DNA of 61,339 nucleotides. Source: a virus (lineage: Duplodnaviria > Caudoviricetes). Location of the stretch: positions 1 to 61,339 of the IMG/VR virus record IMGVR_UViG_3300021959_000036; one strand, written 5' to 3'. The notes beneath the pieces were generated by a model. It was given only the letters and a program-made list of their open reading frames with translations. It was not told where the DNA came from and did no database searches. Shown here one piece after another: positions 29,701 to 38,842 of this stretch. Position numbers and translations under genes: made by a program. How positions within the stretch are numbered: the stretch's first letter is position 1; every line of letters starts with the position of its first letter.

Positions 29701-32700
29701 GATCCTATAAAACCAAGTAACCCTGCAGCGTCTCCAGAACCTCCTTGAACTTTTTGATTTATGGGTAAAGAAATTCTATCGTTACCTTTTAAGCCTGCAA
29801 AATCAAAGGTATTATTTACGTCTAAAACATGTATATCGGAACCAAAGTTTTTATCAATTATTCCACCAAAACCAGATACTGATAAAGAAATATTACCATT
29901 TGCTTTATCAGGAGCTTCGTCTACTTTAGAATATCCATGAACTAACAAACGGGTGGTTGCAAATTCAAAAGAATAACCATTTTTCCCATAAATTATACAA
30001 GACTCTCCTTCTGTTACATTTTCAATATTGTCTAAATTCATTTCTACAATATCTCTAGATGCTTGAGGAGTAGCGTTAGAAATTAACTTAAGTGAGGTAG
30101 TAGGCCTAGACCGATAATACTCAGTTCTAAATTCATTTGAATACCCAGTTCTATCTGTTACAGCATTAATTTCAATATCTGTATATACTGACCCGTCTAA
30201 ATCCCTTTTTGGAATCGAACGAAGAGTAAATTGAGGAGCTGGAGGTTTTCTAAGGGGATCAAATAAATCATTGAATAATAAAGGGGAGTAGTTAATCAAA
30301 GTATCAGAATCAGTATAAACTGTAGGGATATACTCTGTAGCTTCTACATCAATTTTTTCTTCTTTGTCTCTTTTTAGATTAATTATTCTAAAAAGCTTTC
30401 CAGATAAAGAAGTGTAAATATCAGTAGGATCATTAATCTCTCCTAAAGACCAGACATCATACCTTTTAGGTCGGTTTAAATCACCCCAAGTAATAGTATC
30501 AAAACTTTTATTTTCATTATTCCACTTAGATAAAGCAACCACTTCAGCGATTTCAGTCCCTCCAGAAACGTTTGCAGTATTACTAAGGCTATAAGAAGTA
30601 TTACTAATTACGTAAGTATCAACATGCCCATTTTTTGTACTAGCTACTCTTAAGGCTAGAGGCCCTGAATTAGCAGTGAAGATGGTGCTAGTCAAAGAAG
30701 GAGCGCTAATATGTTCTAATTTAATATTAGATGTTGAAGCCCCGCTACTAGGAGTATCTTCAAAAACAATGCCTCCATAACCCCAAGAAACACTAGCACT
30801 TTTTTGAGATACAGAAATTACATCTCCTGGTTTTAACTCAGAAGCTTCAGAAGTGGTTTTAAAATTAACTTTTCTCCTAGAGTATTTTTTGTCAGCAATC
30901 ATATATTGCGCTAATCTAATAGCTTGACTTTTTCTTGTTATTCCATCCGTTGCTATATCAATAACATTTTCAATACCGTTTCTTTCGTCTAATGCGCGAG
31001 CATCATCAATTCTAAGAACTTCCTGCCTATAATGATTAGTAGGGTCTGTATAGGTTATATTAACACCAGTAATTAATTCTTCTTCATCAATTCCTGATAT
31101 ACTAAAAGTGTCTTTTAGTATATTAGTTTCATTAAATATAGCTACAGGTAAACTATCAGGTCTGTCTTGGAATAAGAATAACTTTCCGTTTTTATAGAAT
31201 AAAATAGCTCTAAAAGTGATTGTGATTATATTAACAACATCCATAACCTGTTTTTTATCACCTAAAGACCCATCGTATATAAACCGACGCTCTTTAACAG
31301 AAGTACCAGGAGGTAATCCTTGTAAAGTTTCAGAAACAGAACTTTTAGTGGTCCTTGGTTTATTACGGTAAGTTCCGTCTGCTGCCGCGTCAACTCCTTG
31401 AAATATTCCTGTAGTGATATCACAAGCATCACAGTATACAGCAGCGTCATAAAACGAGTATCTATCAATGTGATCCTCTGGTATGCCTAATCCATAAGAA
31501 CTATTAGTAAGCATATCATAAATTACCCAAACAGGGTTTTGAGTCCAAGAGTAAACAAATTGACCGTCCCATAATCCGTCATATATTAAAGGAGAGCTTT
31601 GAAGAGTGGGACCTGTTTTTTGTAGTCTAAATTGATAAGTAGACCTATCTGCATCTGATACTTCTACCTCTCTCCAATCAATTTCTCCGTTTTCTAAAAT
31701 AGGCTGATTGTAGTTAGAAGGAACCTTTATTAATAAGCCTTTTACCATCTGAGTAATTGCAGGCATAGACCCTTTATGTTCAGCAAAAGCTTTTAAAGCG
31801 TACCCAACTGTAGCTGTTCTTACATACCCAATAGGAGTCTCAATTACCTCAGTCCAGCCCTGGAAAGCGACATTTTCTTGAACTTTAGAAGAAGAATTGT
31901 CTGCGCTTGTTTTTTCTATTGTAAAAAGATAACCTAAATCAGAAACGTGTTCTGCTGGAATAGCAAGAAATAAATCAAAAGAATATGCAACATTTGTCTT
32001 TCCTGAAATAGTTCTTTCTTTAAAAGCAATTTCAGTAGTCCCAGTCCTATCATAAACAGTAGCCTTTACTGTAACAGAACTTCCTAAAATGTCGCCATTA
32101 GTGTTTTGTTTTTGAAGTCCTCCGATAGTAAAATAAAATTTAATAGCGGTCAAAGCAGTAGGACTAGTATTTTGTTTATCTACTGAAGATCTAGCTACTC
32201 CATCTAAGTTTCCTTTTTTAAGCTCAGTCGCTCCAGAGAGTCTTTGAGGAACAAATACAAAATCACCAAATAGAGGTAGAGGTTGTTGAGATACTGTTCC
32301 TGTGTTATTAAATATAAAGAACTTTTCATCATCTACTAAACCATTAATTAATAGATCATCAATAAGCCCTTCATTAAACTCGATATCTTGAGGACCATTA
32401 GGATTAATTCTGTAAATAGGTCCTTCGCCTAGTCCAAGTTGAAGAAATAAAACATCAGTTGAGAATAAATTATTTGGAGTTTCTGTACCGCCACCGCCAC
32501 CGCTTTTACCTCCGCCACCGCCATTGTGTACCTTAATACCATTAGCAATGTAAGAGTGTAAGTGAGATACTTTAAAATTGTATACAGGTTCTTCTTTTAA
32601 AAACTCTATTGAATTAATTTTAGATAATTGGTTATCTGTTGTTAATAATCTATCTCCAACAACAAAGTCTCCCATTTCTTGATATTCACCATCTTCTTTA

Positions 32701-32975
32701 AGAACCCAGTGATTTAAGGTAATATCAATATTTCCAGTTTCATGATTAACTCTATAGATTTTATCTTTTTGATGATAAAAAGTTTCAGTAACAAAAGATA
32801 AGACAGGCCGACCTATTTCATCATAAGCCCATACTTTATCTCCGACTTCAATATCACAAATTTGTTTTTGACCGTCTTCAATAGAGATAAGAGTGTCAGA
32901 GGCAAAACAGCCTCCACCACCTCCGCCTCCTTCAATAAGAGGAACTGCTTTATCATCAATATAAATAATAGTCAT
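26778..32975 (-). CDS. tail tip / central fibre protein (lambda gpJ-like) with N-terminal Hint domain
   Basis: LGEGPI, KVPSNY, WDG..WTQNPVW, YG.G, FnIII-like repeats; position after gpI-like gene. Confidence 0.88.
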   Translation of the reverse strand: MTIIYIDDKAVPLIEGGGGGGGCFASDTLISIEDGQKQICDIEVGDKVWAYDEIGRPVLSFVTETFYHQKDKIYRVNHETGNIDITLNHWVLKEDGEYQEMGDFVVGDRLLTTDNQLSKINSIEFLKEEPVYNFKVSHLHSYIANGIKVHNGGGGGKSGGGGGTETPNNLFSTDVLFLQLGLGEGPIYRINPNGPQDIEFNEGLIDDLLINGLVDDEKFFIFNNTGTVSQQPLPLFGDFVFVPQRLSGATELKKGNLDGVARSSVDKQNTSPTALTAIKFYFTIGGLQKQNTNGDILGSSVTVKATVYDRTGTTEIAFKERTISGKTNVAYSFDLFLAIPAEHVSDLGYLFTIEKTSADNSSSKVQENVAFQGWTEVIETPIGYVRTATVGYALKAFAEHKGSMPAITQMVKGLLIKVPSNYNQPILENGEIDWREVEVSDADRSTYQFRLQKTGPTLQSSPLIYDGLWDGQFVYSWTQNPVWVIYDMLTNSSYGLGIPEDHIDRYSFYDAAVYCDACDITTGIFQGVDAAADGTYRNKPRTTKSSVSETLQGLPPGTSVKERRFIYDGSLGDKKQVMDVVNIITITFRAILFYKNGKLFLFQDRPDSLPVAIFNETNILKDTFSISGIDEEELITGVNITYTDPTNHYRQEVLRIDDARALDERNGIENVIDIATDGITRKSQAIRLAQYMIADKKYSRRKVNFKTTSEASELKPGDVISVSQKSASVSWGYGGIVFEDTPSSGASTSNIKLEHISAPSLTSTIFTANSGPLALRVASTKNGHVDTYVISNTSYSLSNTANVSGGTEIAEVVALSKWNNENKSFDTITWGDLNRPKRYDVWSLGEINDPTDIYTSLSGKLFRIINLKRDKEEKIDVEATEYIPTVYTDSDTLINYSPLLFNDLFDPLRKPPAPQFTLRSIPKRDLDGSVYTDIEINAVTDRTGYSNEFRTEYYRSRPTTSLKLISNATPQASRDIVEMNLDNIENVTEGESCIIYGKNGYSFEFATTRLLVHGYSKVDEAPDKANGNISLSVSGFGGIIDKNFGSDIHVLDVNNTFDFAGLKGNDRISLPINQKVQGGSGDAAGLLGFIGSDTRLARYSANVVGFDKSAHTIKIDNDHSGASQLVSLLPNPPFFINVPQVVDHRFFANNTLYVTGNYLEVVRTNVATTTNLFETHTFKQPLGISVRHSGFVDVFLNNEATSNFTLEKGLDNLANSQVSISLSSLPTAEANIDIRVTANVYTPPIIERGDNVTWNVGNTYGISDTTFDIGAPSYNAYLTANGIFRVTLDDNIKSNVAQAYAINVTPNPIGLVGNLNVGAKTFTFDYDHTRFPGLLNLANNAVYRLNVPLDNFTPLDFDSGTNTRYIHRAEAGVHAVRARNVNKFGRRSDFVQKEVVVRNIPIKAVSNLNIIEEIYKDSTIGVAVRAIIIFDHIEGQEVTDYEISYKITGTATGDLTSFNTVKVSAAGVDSDGKIRFKIDNIEKGLNTNPNTVTARVTPLNKNIRGSTVAKTQEIIGKLAPPRNVLNFAAGQAGDTLLFVWKYQIDPVTGDNIDLDLMEVQIRRVAGQVATDQATLLDLWPRSDEVAIVDARTNRIVVDIDQFGQYTYLARTKDTSGIFSETIVASTFTSIAQGFTNIYRAYNEDSPGTSFITGITNANDGETNFPSFADSNTGGLAFAKADSAFDSSVVDNSNGTSSGWSVISGSPTDLRALSDAVYQTQIRDLGNTITGSISATVVGDQSLKSTWLDYTDQIGGDQVTEASSGAGILKDIDFSGTLGIGEILGSSNTGAATVTYGVENKTLVSGISGSFPANVFGIVTLGNFDGDDSNANVFSLIAGVSSDDEIVLGDSWYANGRSTGSNGFSNLTVAGTSYKLVNLKQWLDLSESSTFYGTVGIVTSNLLFRYSTDNPFYANGNVNVSAFTTVANSDGFSNFVTGARTFRYLQFKYEVTNTDPTQAELLLDQFRYQVALDEKTFTEIVTVDTQVVNIDYSQMGYTQIPKITSLSVSASSNQIALPQAVILDRGLQGANVSVYFANGASAHDILTPDGTSDVITPQIDFAVTGV
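32523..32909 (-). other. Hint (intein-like / BIL) autoprocessing domain, aa 23-151 of gpJ-like protein
   Basis: Block A CFASDTLI, block B TLNH, block F VYNFKV, block G ..VHN; no endonuclease; +1 residue is Gly. Confidence 0.88.
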
Positions 32976-32977
32976 TA

Positions 32978-33691
32978 TTAACCCTCTACTCTGGTTATTT
33001 CAGAGCTTTTTGCGTATAATAAATCTCTGACAAAAATAGTGTCAGACTCTCCATGAGTCATAGTTTCTACGTGACCGCTTAACATCTGTCCTGAAACTCT
33101 AGCAAGTCCATAAATAAGAGGCACCGAAGTATTCGGGTCTGTAGTGTTTTCCATAGCATCAAACATATCATTATTTCTTCTTTGCTGAGAAGAGTTAGAC
33201 GTCTCTGCTGAAGGCGGTTTCGGAGGAGTAGCTAGTAACTGCATCACCCCACTTAAAGCTAAACTAATACCTGCAGACACAATACTACCTGCGGTAATTG
33301 CAGCAGTTCCAGTAAGTCCCATTGCCGAATTAAGACCCGCAGCAATCGCAGGAGCATAGGCAATCATAACAACAGCTGCTATAATCATTAGTATAGGAAG
33401 AATTTTTCTTCCTCCTCCTGCAACAACGGGACAAAGTGTGTACTCATCATCTTGAACTAAGTTAAACTCAAACTCTTTCCTAGTTACAGGTGTTCCATCA
33501 GGTTTTACTAAACATAAATTTTCTTTCCCTAAAGAGTTATTCATAATTAGATGGATATACCTTCTCATTTTAGGAAATAAGACTACTAAAGCATCTTTAA
33601 TATCTTTTAACTTAGCAACTTCTATATTGTGCTGCTTTACACCCCCAGTAAACTTATATAAAGTCGGGTGAAAATTCAAAGTTATTAACAT
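32978..33691 (-). CDS. tail assembly protein I-like (ubiquitin-like beta-grasp domain)
   Basis: MoaD/Ubl-like N-terminal domain ending CPVVAGGG, hydrophobic segment, C-terminal VPLIYG...G. Confidence 0.8.
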   Translation of the reverse strand: MLITLNFHPTLYKFTGGVKQHNIEVAKLKDIKDALVVLFPKMRRYIHLIMNNSLGKENLCLVKPDGTPVTRKEFEFNLVQDDEYTLCPVVAGGGRKILPILMIIAAVVMIAYAPAIAAGLNSAMGLTGTAAITAGSIVSAGISLALSGVMQLLATPPKPPSAETSNSSQQRRNNDMFDAMENTTDPNTSVPLIYGLARVSGQMLSGHVETMTHGESDTIFVRDLLYAKSSEITRVEG

Positions 33692-34056
33692 ACCAAAGAC
33701 TCCTCATTAAAATCTTTAAACTCTAACATATTATGATCATTTAACCAGTATTGATAAAAAGAACCATTTAAATTTCCTACTACAAATTTATACTCTTTAT
33801 AAAAAGCAGAATTTTTATCTTCTTCACTAGGAAGGTCATCATGGTGTAAAGGGTGGCTATGAAAAATTCCCCAACAATTATCCCAATATTTAACTAAATC
33901 TGTAGGATTTAAAACAAAAGAATCTGCTGGCTGAGGACTAAGGTTTTTACTGGGAACATAAGAAAAATCCTTTGTAATAATACCACAGCATTCTACATTA
34001 GGATTTTCTTTCATATGCTCTTTAAAAGATTCAATTAATTTTGTAAACCTATCCAC
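33685..34056 (-). CDS. JAB/MPN (JAMM) metalloprotease, gpK N-domain-like
   Basis: E-C-C-G ... HSHP......PSEED JAMM motif. Confidence 0.85.
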   Translation of the reverse strand: MDRFTKLIESFKEHMKENPNVECCGIITKDFSYVPSKNLSPQPADSFVLNPTDLVKYWDNCWGIFHSHPLHHDDLPSEEDKNSAFYKEYKFVVGNLNGSFYQYWLNDHNMLEFKDFNEESLVC

Positions 34057-34466
34057 CTGTAAACCCCCATTGTATATTGTTTAAAATAATTACCATAAAC
34101 TGATGTATGTGATTTATGGTTTTGAAAAGTGTGTAAAATTTTATTATGTCCGATGTATATGGCACAATGATTAGTTATTGTAGAAGACCCCAGAACCATA
34201 GTTATTACATCAAACTCTTTTGGTTCTTTTACTCTTTTCCAGCCATAATCTTTTGACGACGCTTTTTTAATATAATCTTCGTGAATATTTTGATACCAGT
34301 ATTCATCTACTATTTTACACCAGTCTCTAGTAGTATACGGTATTTCTATTCCAAGTTCATTTTTATAAATACATTTAATTAGATTAAAACAATCTATGCC
34401 TTTTTCTAAGTCTAATCCTAGATGCTTAAAAGGAAGCCCTACGTATCTATCCCATTCCACCGCCAT
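34035..34466 (-). CDS. NlpC/P60 tail-associated peptidase
   Basis: GIDC...NHCAIY...ILH catalytic triad. Confidence 0.85.
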   Translation of the reverse strand: MAVEWDRYVGLPFKHLGLDLEKGIDCFNLIKCIYKNELGIEIPYTTRDWCKIVDEYWYQNIHEDYIKKASSKDYGWKRVKEPKEFDVITMVLGSSTITNHCAIYIGHNKILHTFQNHKSHTSVYGNYFKQYTMGVYRWIGLQN

Positions 34467-34867
34467 ATACTTGCAATTTCTTCTCTATACTCTTGATCCA
34501 GTACATCAATTTTAGAGAATTTCCCCTCTGCTAAATGAATAAACCTATTATTCTCTACATATAATCCAAAATGAGTAGGTATTAGTCTTCTTGATTTAAA
34601 TATTATTACATCATATTCTTGTAACTCTGTCAAGTTAACTTTTGTAGCAACTGTAGATGCCCAAGTTTCTAAGGAGGATATAGAAAAACGCTTCATCCAA
34701 CCTCTTCCATCTTTCGGCCTACCCTCCGGTAACTCTAAATACTCCCACAGCCCCTCAAATACGTTTGAATTAAGTTCATTTTTATAAATAGAATCTATCA
34801 AAGTAATACAATTATGCTCTGTGTAATTGTGTTTAAGTCCTAAATATTTAAGATATTTTAAGTCCAT
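34439..34867 (-). CDS. second NlpC/P60 protein
   Basis: HNC...HFGLY...FIH; paralog of the adjacent gene. Confidence 0.75.
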   Translation of the reverse strand: MDLKYLKYLGLKHNYTEHNCITLIDSIYKNELNSNVFEGLWEYLELPEGRPKDGRGWMKRFSISSLETWASTVATKVNLTELQEYDVIIFKSRRLIPTHFGLYVENNRFIHLAEGKFSKIDVLDQEYREEIASIWRWNGIDT

Positions 34868-36023
34868 TGTACCAATCTGCTAATTCTGGAACTACATCAG
34901 TAAAATTTTCATTTCTATTTCTATCTAATAATCCAGTATTTTTCTTAAATAGAGAAGACAATTTTTCTTTTTCTGGTAGCTCTCCTTTCATATATTTTAA
35001 CCAGTCTGACATATGACGTATATCCGATATATGTAAATCTTTTTTGTTATTTTCTATAAAACTTTTGTAATATATTAAAATATTTCTTTTTTCATTTTCA
35101 GGTAGTATTTGTAAAGAATAATAGGACGGAGTAACTAACGTAGTTCCAAACACAGGAATGTTTTTTCTTTTTCCCCATAAAAGCAACTTAGGCATAGAGT
35201 ATATGGTTAAAATTGATACTACAGAGCTAATAGTAGTAACATAGGGCTTAACTTTTTCTACATTAGACTCAAATTCTTCCCACACTAACTCTTTTCTAAC
35301 ATACTCTGATACGTTTTTATATCCATCACAACTAGTCCACAAGTTTACTTTTTTAAACTTTTTCCATAAGTCTAGAAGATCATATTCTTTAAATTTTAAA
35401 ATAGATAAATTAGTATTATACTGCACATTTATGTCAGTTTTACCTTTAGAGATTAAATATTCTAATATTTTATAGTGTTGCTCTAATACTAAAGGCTCTC
35501 CTCCTGCAAAATATAAAACCTCTAAGTTAGGATATATTAACTCTAATCCTTCCCAGAATAAATCATTATCCCACCGCTCTTCTTTTTTGCCTTGAATTGA
35601 AAATAAGTTTTTACCCTCTTTTATCCAAGCAGTACTAGAAGCAGGACCACAAGTTCTACATCTAAAGTTACAAGTATTTCCTACTCTAAAATCTATATAA
35701 GGGGGTGGAGGAGGGGTAAGTGTTTTTTGTAGATGCTCTTTGTGTTTCCAAAAATTGTTAGCGTTATTTTTTGGATTTTCACAAACGCCTAATTCATCTT
35801 TTTTAAAACAAGGGTTGTAACACTGTTCTGGTATTTTACCTTCTAAAAAAGATTTTCTTAATTCTATATAAGGAGTTCCATGCCACACATCCATGATAGA
35901 TTGTGAATTATCTCCTAAAGAATCTTTATTTGAAAAAGAATCTGAAAAGCAACAAGCTTTGTATTCCCCTCTCATATTACCATGCAAATGAATCCAAGGT
36001 AATATACACCCTTTTATTGCCAT
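34848..36023 (-). CDS. radical SAM protein with N-terminal twitch-like domain
   Basis: CILPW...CC...C..C N-terminal cluster; CNFRCRTC, AGGEP, YNTN, SCDG. Confidence 0.85.
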   Translation of the reverse strand: MAIKGCILPWIHLHGNMRGEYKACCFSDSFSNKDSLGDNSQSIMDVWHGTPYIELRKSFLEGKIPEQCYNPCFKKDELGVCENPKNNANNFWKHKEHLQKTLTPPPPPYIDFRVGNTCNFRCRTCGPASSTAWIKEGKNLFSIQGKKEERWDNDLFWEGLELIYPNLEVLYFAGGEPLVLEQHYKILEYLISKGKTDINVQYNTNLSILKFKEYDLLDLWKKFKKVNLWTSCDGYKNVSEYVRKELVWEEFESNVEKVKPYVTTISSVVSILTIYSMPKLLLWGKRKNIPVFGTTLVTPSYYSLQILPENEKRNILIYYKSFIENNKKDLHISDIRHMSDWLKYMKGELPEKEKLSSLFKKNTGLLDRNRNENFTDVVPELADWYNGLKIS

Positions 36024-37762
36024 TATTGTTTAGGTATCTGCCTTCCTGTTCCTGGAAATGCCCCAAAATGAACAGTATTGTTTCTAATTCTACACGCTTC
36101 ATAAGACTTTGAACATTCATCATCAGAGTCGGATACTGCAGCCTGATTATTAGCAAATATTGGGTTAGCATTAGAAGTTTTTGGAGGAAAAGTGCCGGGA
36201 ATGGGTAGACTACCAGGACCTGGGTATTGACACTCAGATCCTTTATAAACCCATTGACAGGTGTTTTTAAAAAATTTTCTTTTTGGTAATTGTAATTTAA
36301 AATATTGTAACCAACTAGTAAGCTCAAATTCAGCTACGGTTTCATTTAACAAATTAAGTTTAGTTACTTTAAATACATCTCTAACATAAGCTTCGTCGTC
36401 GTAGTTATCATTTACTATGTATAAATTTTCATTACGTTGTCCACTAGTTAAAGGAGCAGATAAAAACAATATTCTTTCTTCTTGAATATCTTGAATTTGA
36501 ACAGTGTTTGTAGAGAGTGTTGTAGTAACATTGTCTCCGGGTCTATAAGGAGAGCCATTTAAAACAGAAACTACATTATCATACATATAATCAATTTTTG
36601 AATGTTCTGGCCAGTATTTTAAATGGTTAGCAAAAGTAGTTTTAAACTCGACGACAGCGCCAAGTAAATCTCTACTATCTGATTTTAAATTTTTCCAAGT
36701 TTCTCCTAAAGAGGTAGCTTGATCATATAACCAAGGAGAGTTAGCCCCTCCATATATATTATCTACAGTATCTTGATTATAATGAGTATTGCCTGTAACA
36801 GTTCTAGGGTCAAGACCATACACAAGCTCTCCATTAACATATCCTTGAGCCGAATTAGAAGTTACATTCCCAACTATATAAGGATTCTCAACAAAAGTAG
36901 TAATTAAGTTATCATAGTTAGACATTGTAAAAGTTACTCGATCAATAGTACCGTCAGAAGAAGTTGCAATACCGTCTGCTTCCATAGGATACGGCGTATA
37001 GCTTTCTCCTTTAAATGTTACATTATAAGATAAATCAGAATAAATGTCTCCAATAACCTCTGCAAATCTTAAAGGGGTTTCTGTAGGCCATGCATACCCC
37101 GCACCAGTGCCAGAAGGATTACCAGCTTCATTAGGAGGATACCATTCTCCTGGGTAATAAACTTCTACAAGTCTAACAATAGGAGCTTGTGTAAAAGCAT
37201 TTAAAGTAGCAATGAAAGGACTATTATAAATAGCGCTTATAGTAGCCGTTGTAGAGCTTTGAACGTTTCCTAAATGTTGATGAGAGGATTGAAAAGAATA
37301 TGCTTGAGTATTTCCAGTTTGTCTTCTAATAGTAACAACGGAACCAGCATTTGGAGTAGCAAAAGCAAAAAACTCTAGTTGATTATTACCAGTATGATAA
37401 GTCCAACCAGATCTTTGAGCTAGATTAGAACCTACAAATACATCTAACTCAGAAATAATATCCGTGTCAACTGGAGAAGAAACAGAAATAAATAAACTTT
37501 GTCCGCCACCTGGAGTTGCACTTACAGTATGGGTACTAGAGTGAAAAGTATTTGAAATTAAATAGTGATTGCTAACAACAGACTCTGACACAGAAAACTC
37601 TTGGTCTACGTTAGACATTTTAACTTTAATATTGCTTGTGGAAGAGTCTACATTAGCTATATATCCAAAAGCATTAGAAGTTAACCCTAAAATAGTGTTG
37701 CCTTGTTTAAAGGGAGAAGTATCTGATACCGTTAAAATATAATCATATACTCTAGAACTCAT
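36023..37762 (-). CDS. minor tail protein L-like (Fe-S), N-terminally extended
   Basis: YTPYP, FEL, LPKR, CQW.YKGSECQY...DECSK...C..R...FGAFPG. Confidence 0.82.
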   Translation of the reverse strand: MSSRVYDYILTVSDTSPFKQGNTILGLTSNAFGYIANVDSSTSNIKVKMSNVDQEFSVSESVVSNHYLISNTFHSSTHTVSATPGGGQSLFISVSSPVDTDIISELDVFVGSNLAQRSGWTYHTGNNQLEFFAFATPNAGSVVTIRRQTGNTQAYSFQSSHQHLGNVQSSTTATISAIYNSPFIATLNAFTQAPIVRLVEVYYPGEWYPPNEAGNPSGTGAGYAWPTETPLRFAEVIGDIYSDLSYNVTFKGESYTPYPMEADGIATSSDGTIDRVTFTMSNYDNLITTFVENPYIVGNVTSNSAQGYVNGELVYGLDPRTVTGNTHYNQDTVDNIYGGANSPWLYDQATSLGETWKNLKSDSRDLLGAVVEFKTTFANHLKYWPEHSKIDYMYDNVVSVLNGSPYRPGDNVTTTLSTNTVQIQDIQEERILFLSAPLTSGQRNENLYIVNDNYDDEAYVRDVFKVTKLNLLNETVAEFELTSWLQYFKLQLPKRKFFKNTCQWVYKGSECQYPGPGSLPIPGTFPPKTSNANPIFANNQAAVSDSDDECSKSYEACRIRNNTVHFGAFPGTGRQIPKQ

Positions 37763-38739
37763 TAGCTAAAATCTTCCTTTAAAGTTATTTGAACTGAATA
37801 AAAATTTTGAGTAAGAGCACTTCCTCCAGAAATTACTTGTTCTATTTGTATAGGACCATCAAAACGAGTTCTAACAGTACCAGCTGAGTTAATATGGGCT
37901 AAATCAAAAGTAAAAGTTTCAAAGTCTCCATTTCTAGCAGTATAAAAATCCTCTATGGCTTGTTTCTCTACACCAGAAATATTATTATAAGTAAGCTCAA
38001 AAGTTCTCCTGCTTCTTCTGCTCATTAATCTACGCTTTTCATAACCAGATTGACTCTCGTATTTTTTAGTACTAAATTCTCTATCTATAGAAAAACCATT
38101 AGAAGGTTTCCTATCCCTCATATCTGTAAATCTACCTATAGAATCTACTTGAGGTATCAAAGTTCTAATTTCAAGAGTAGTATTAGCATAGTCTACCCCT
38201 CCATCGTCTATAGCAGGAGCTTCTGGAAAGTCTATTCCATTTACCCCTAGTGTAGCACTCGGATAGGTAAAAGCATCTTGGTTTTGTAAAACACCAGAAA
38301 GAGTTACAAAAATAGAATTCGCTTGGTTTTCTCCAAAATTTCCTAAAGCGGGAGTAGGAAGAGAAAAAGACGTTTGAACTCCGTTTAGCAAATAGGTGTT
38401 CGAATCAATTGTAGTAGCTGAAGTATTAGAATAACTAGCTACATAAACAGCTGGATAAGAGCGAGTAGCTCTAAATCTAGTAGGTAAATCAATAGTTTTA
38501 AATACTAACTCTGTAGCGTTTGGAGCGGCAATAAAAGTAACAGAACCCCCAGAATTAGATAAGTAGTATGAAGAAACATCTTGAACAATACCATCAATGG
38601 TAACTATTACATCTCCTACAAAAGAGACAGTAGAAGGAAGAGGGAATTCTATATCACTCCCAGTTGAATTATAAGTTTTTAGCCCTACAGTCCCAAAAGC
38701 GGTTAAAGAAACTGTTGCATCATCAGGATAAGTTGCCAT
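37762..38739 (-). CDS. distal tail protein (gpM/Dit-like) with two N-terminal accessory modules
   Basis: C-terminal SGYEKRR...FY.ARNG.FETFTF...RFD; directly follows TMP. Confidence 0.75.
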   Translation of the reverse strand: MATYPDDATVSLTAFGTVGLKTYNSTGSDIEFPLPSTVSFVGDVIVTIDGIVQDVSSYYLSNSGGSVTFIAAPNATELVFKTIDLPTRFRATRSYPAVYVASYSNTSATTIDSNTYLLNGVQTSFSLPTPALGNFGENQANSIFVTLSGVLQNQDAFTYPSATLGVNGIDFPEAPAIDDGGVDYANTTLEIRTLIPQVDSIGRFTDMRDRKPSNGFSIDREFSTKKYESQSGYEKRRLMSRRSRRTFELTYNNISGVEKQAIEDFYTARNGDFETFTFDLAHINSAGTVRTRFDGPIQIEQVISGGSALTQNFYSVQITLKEDFS

Positions 38740-38842
38740 TTTTTATCTCCATAAAGTTCTCATTACTTAAACTACTAATGCCATTATAAATTAAAATGTG
38801 AGTAGTAGTCTCTAACTTTTTTAATTTATTTACTGTTTGGTA

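Noticed and set aside
32523-32909. Classical mobile intein
   Set aside because: No homing endonuclease and +1 residue is Gly; treated as a BIL-type Hint instead
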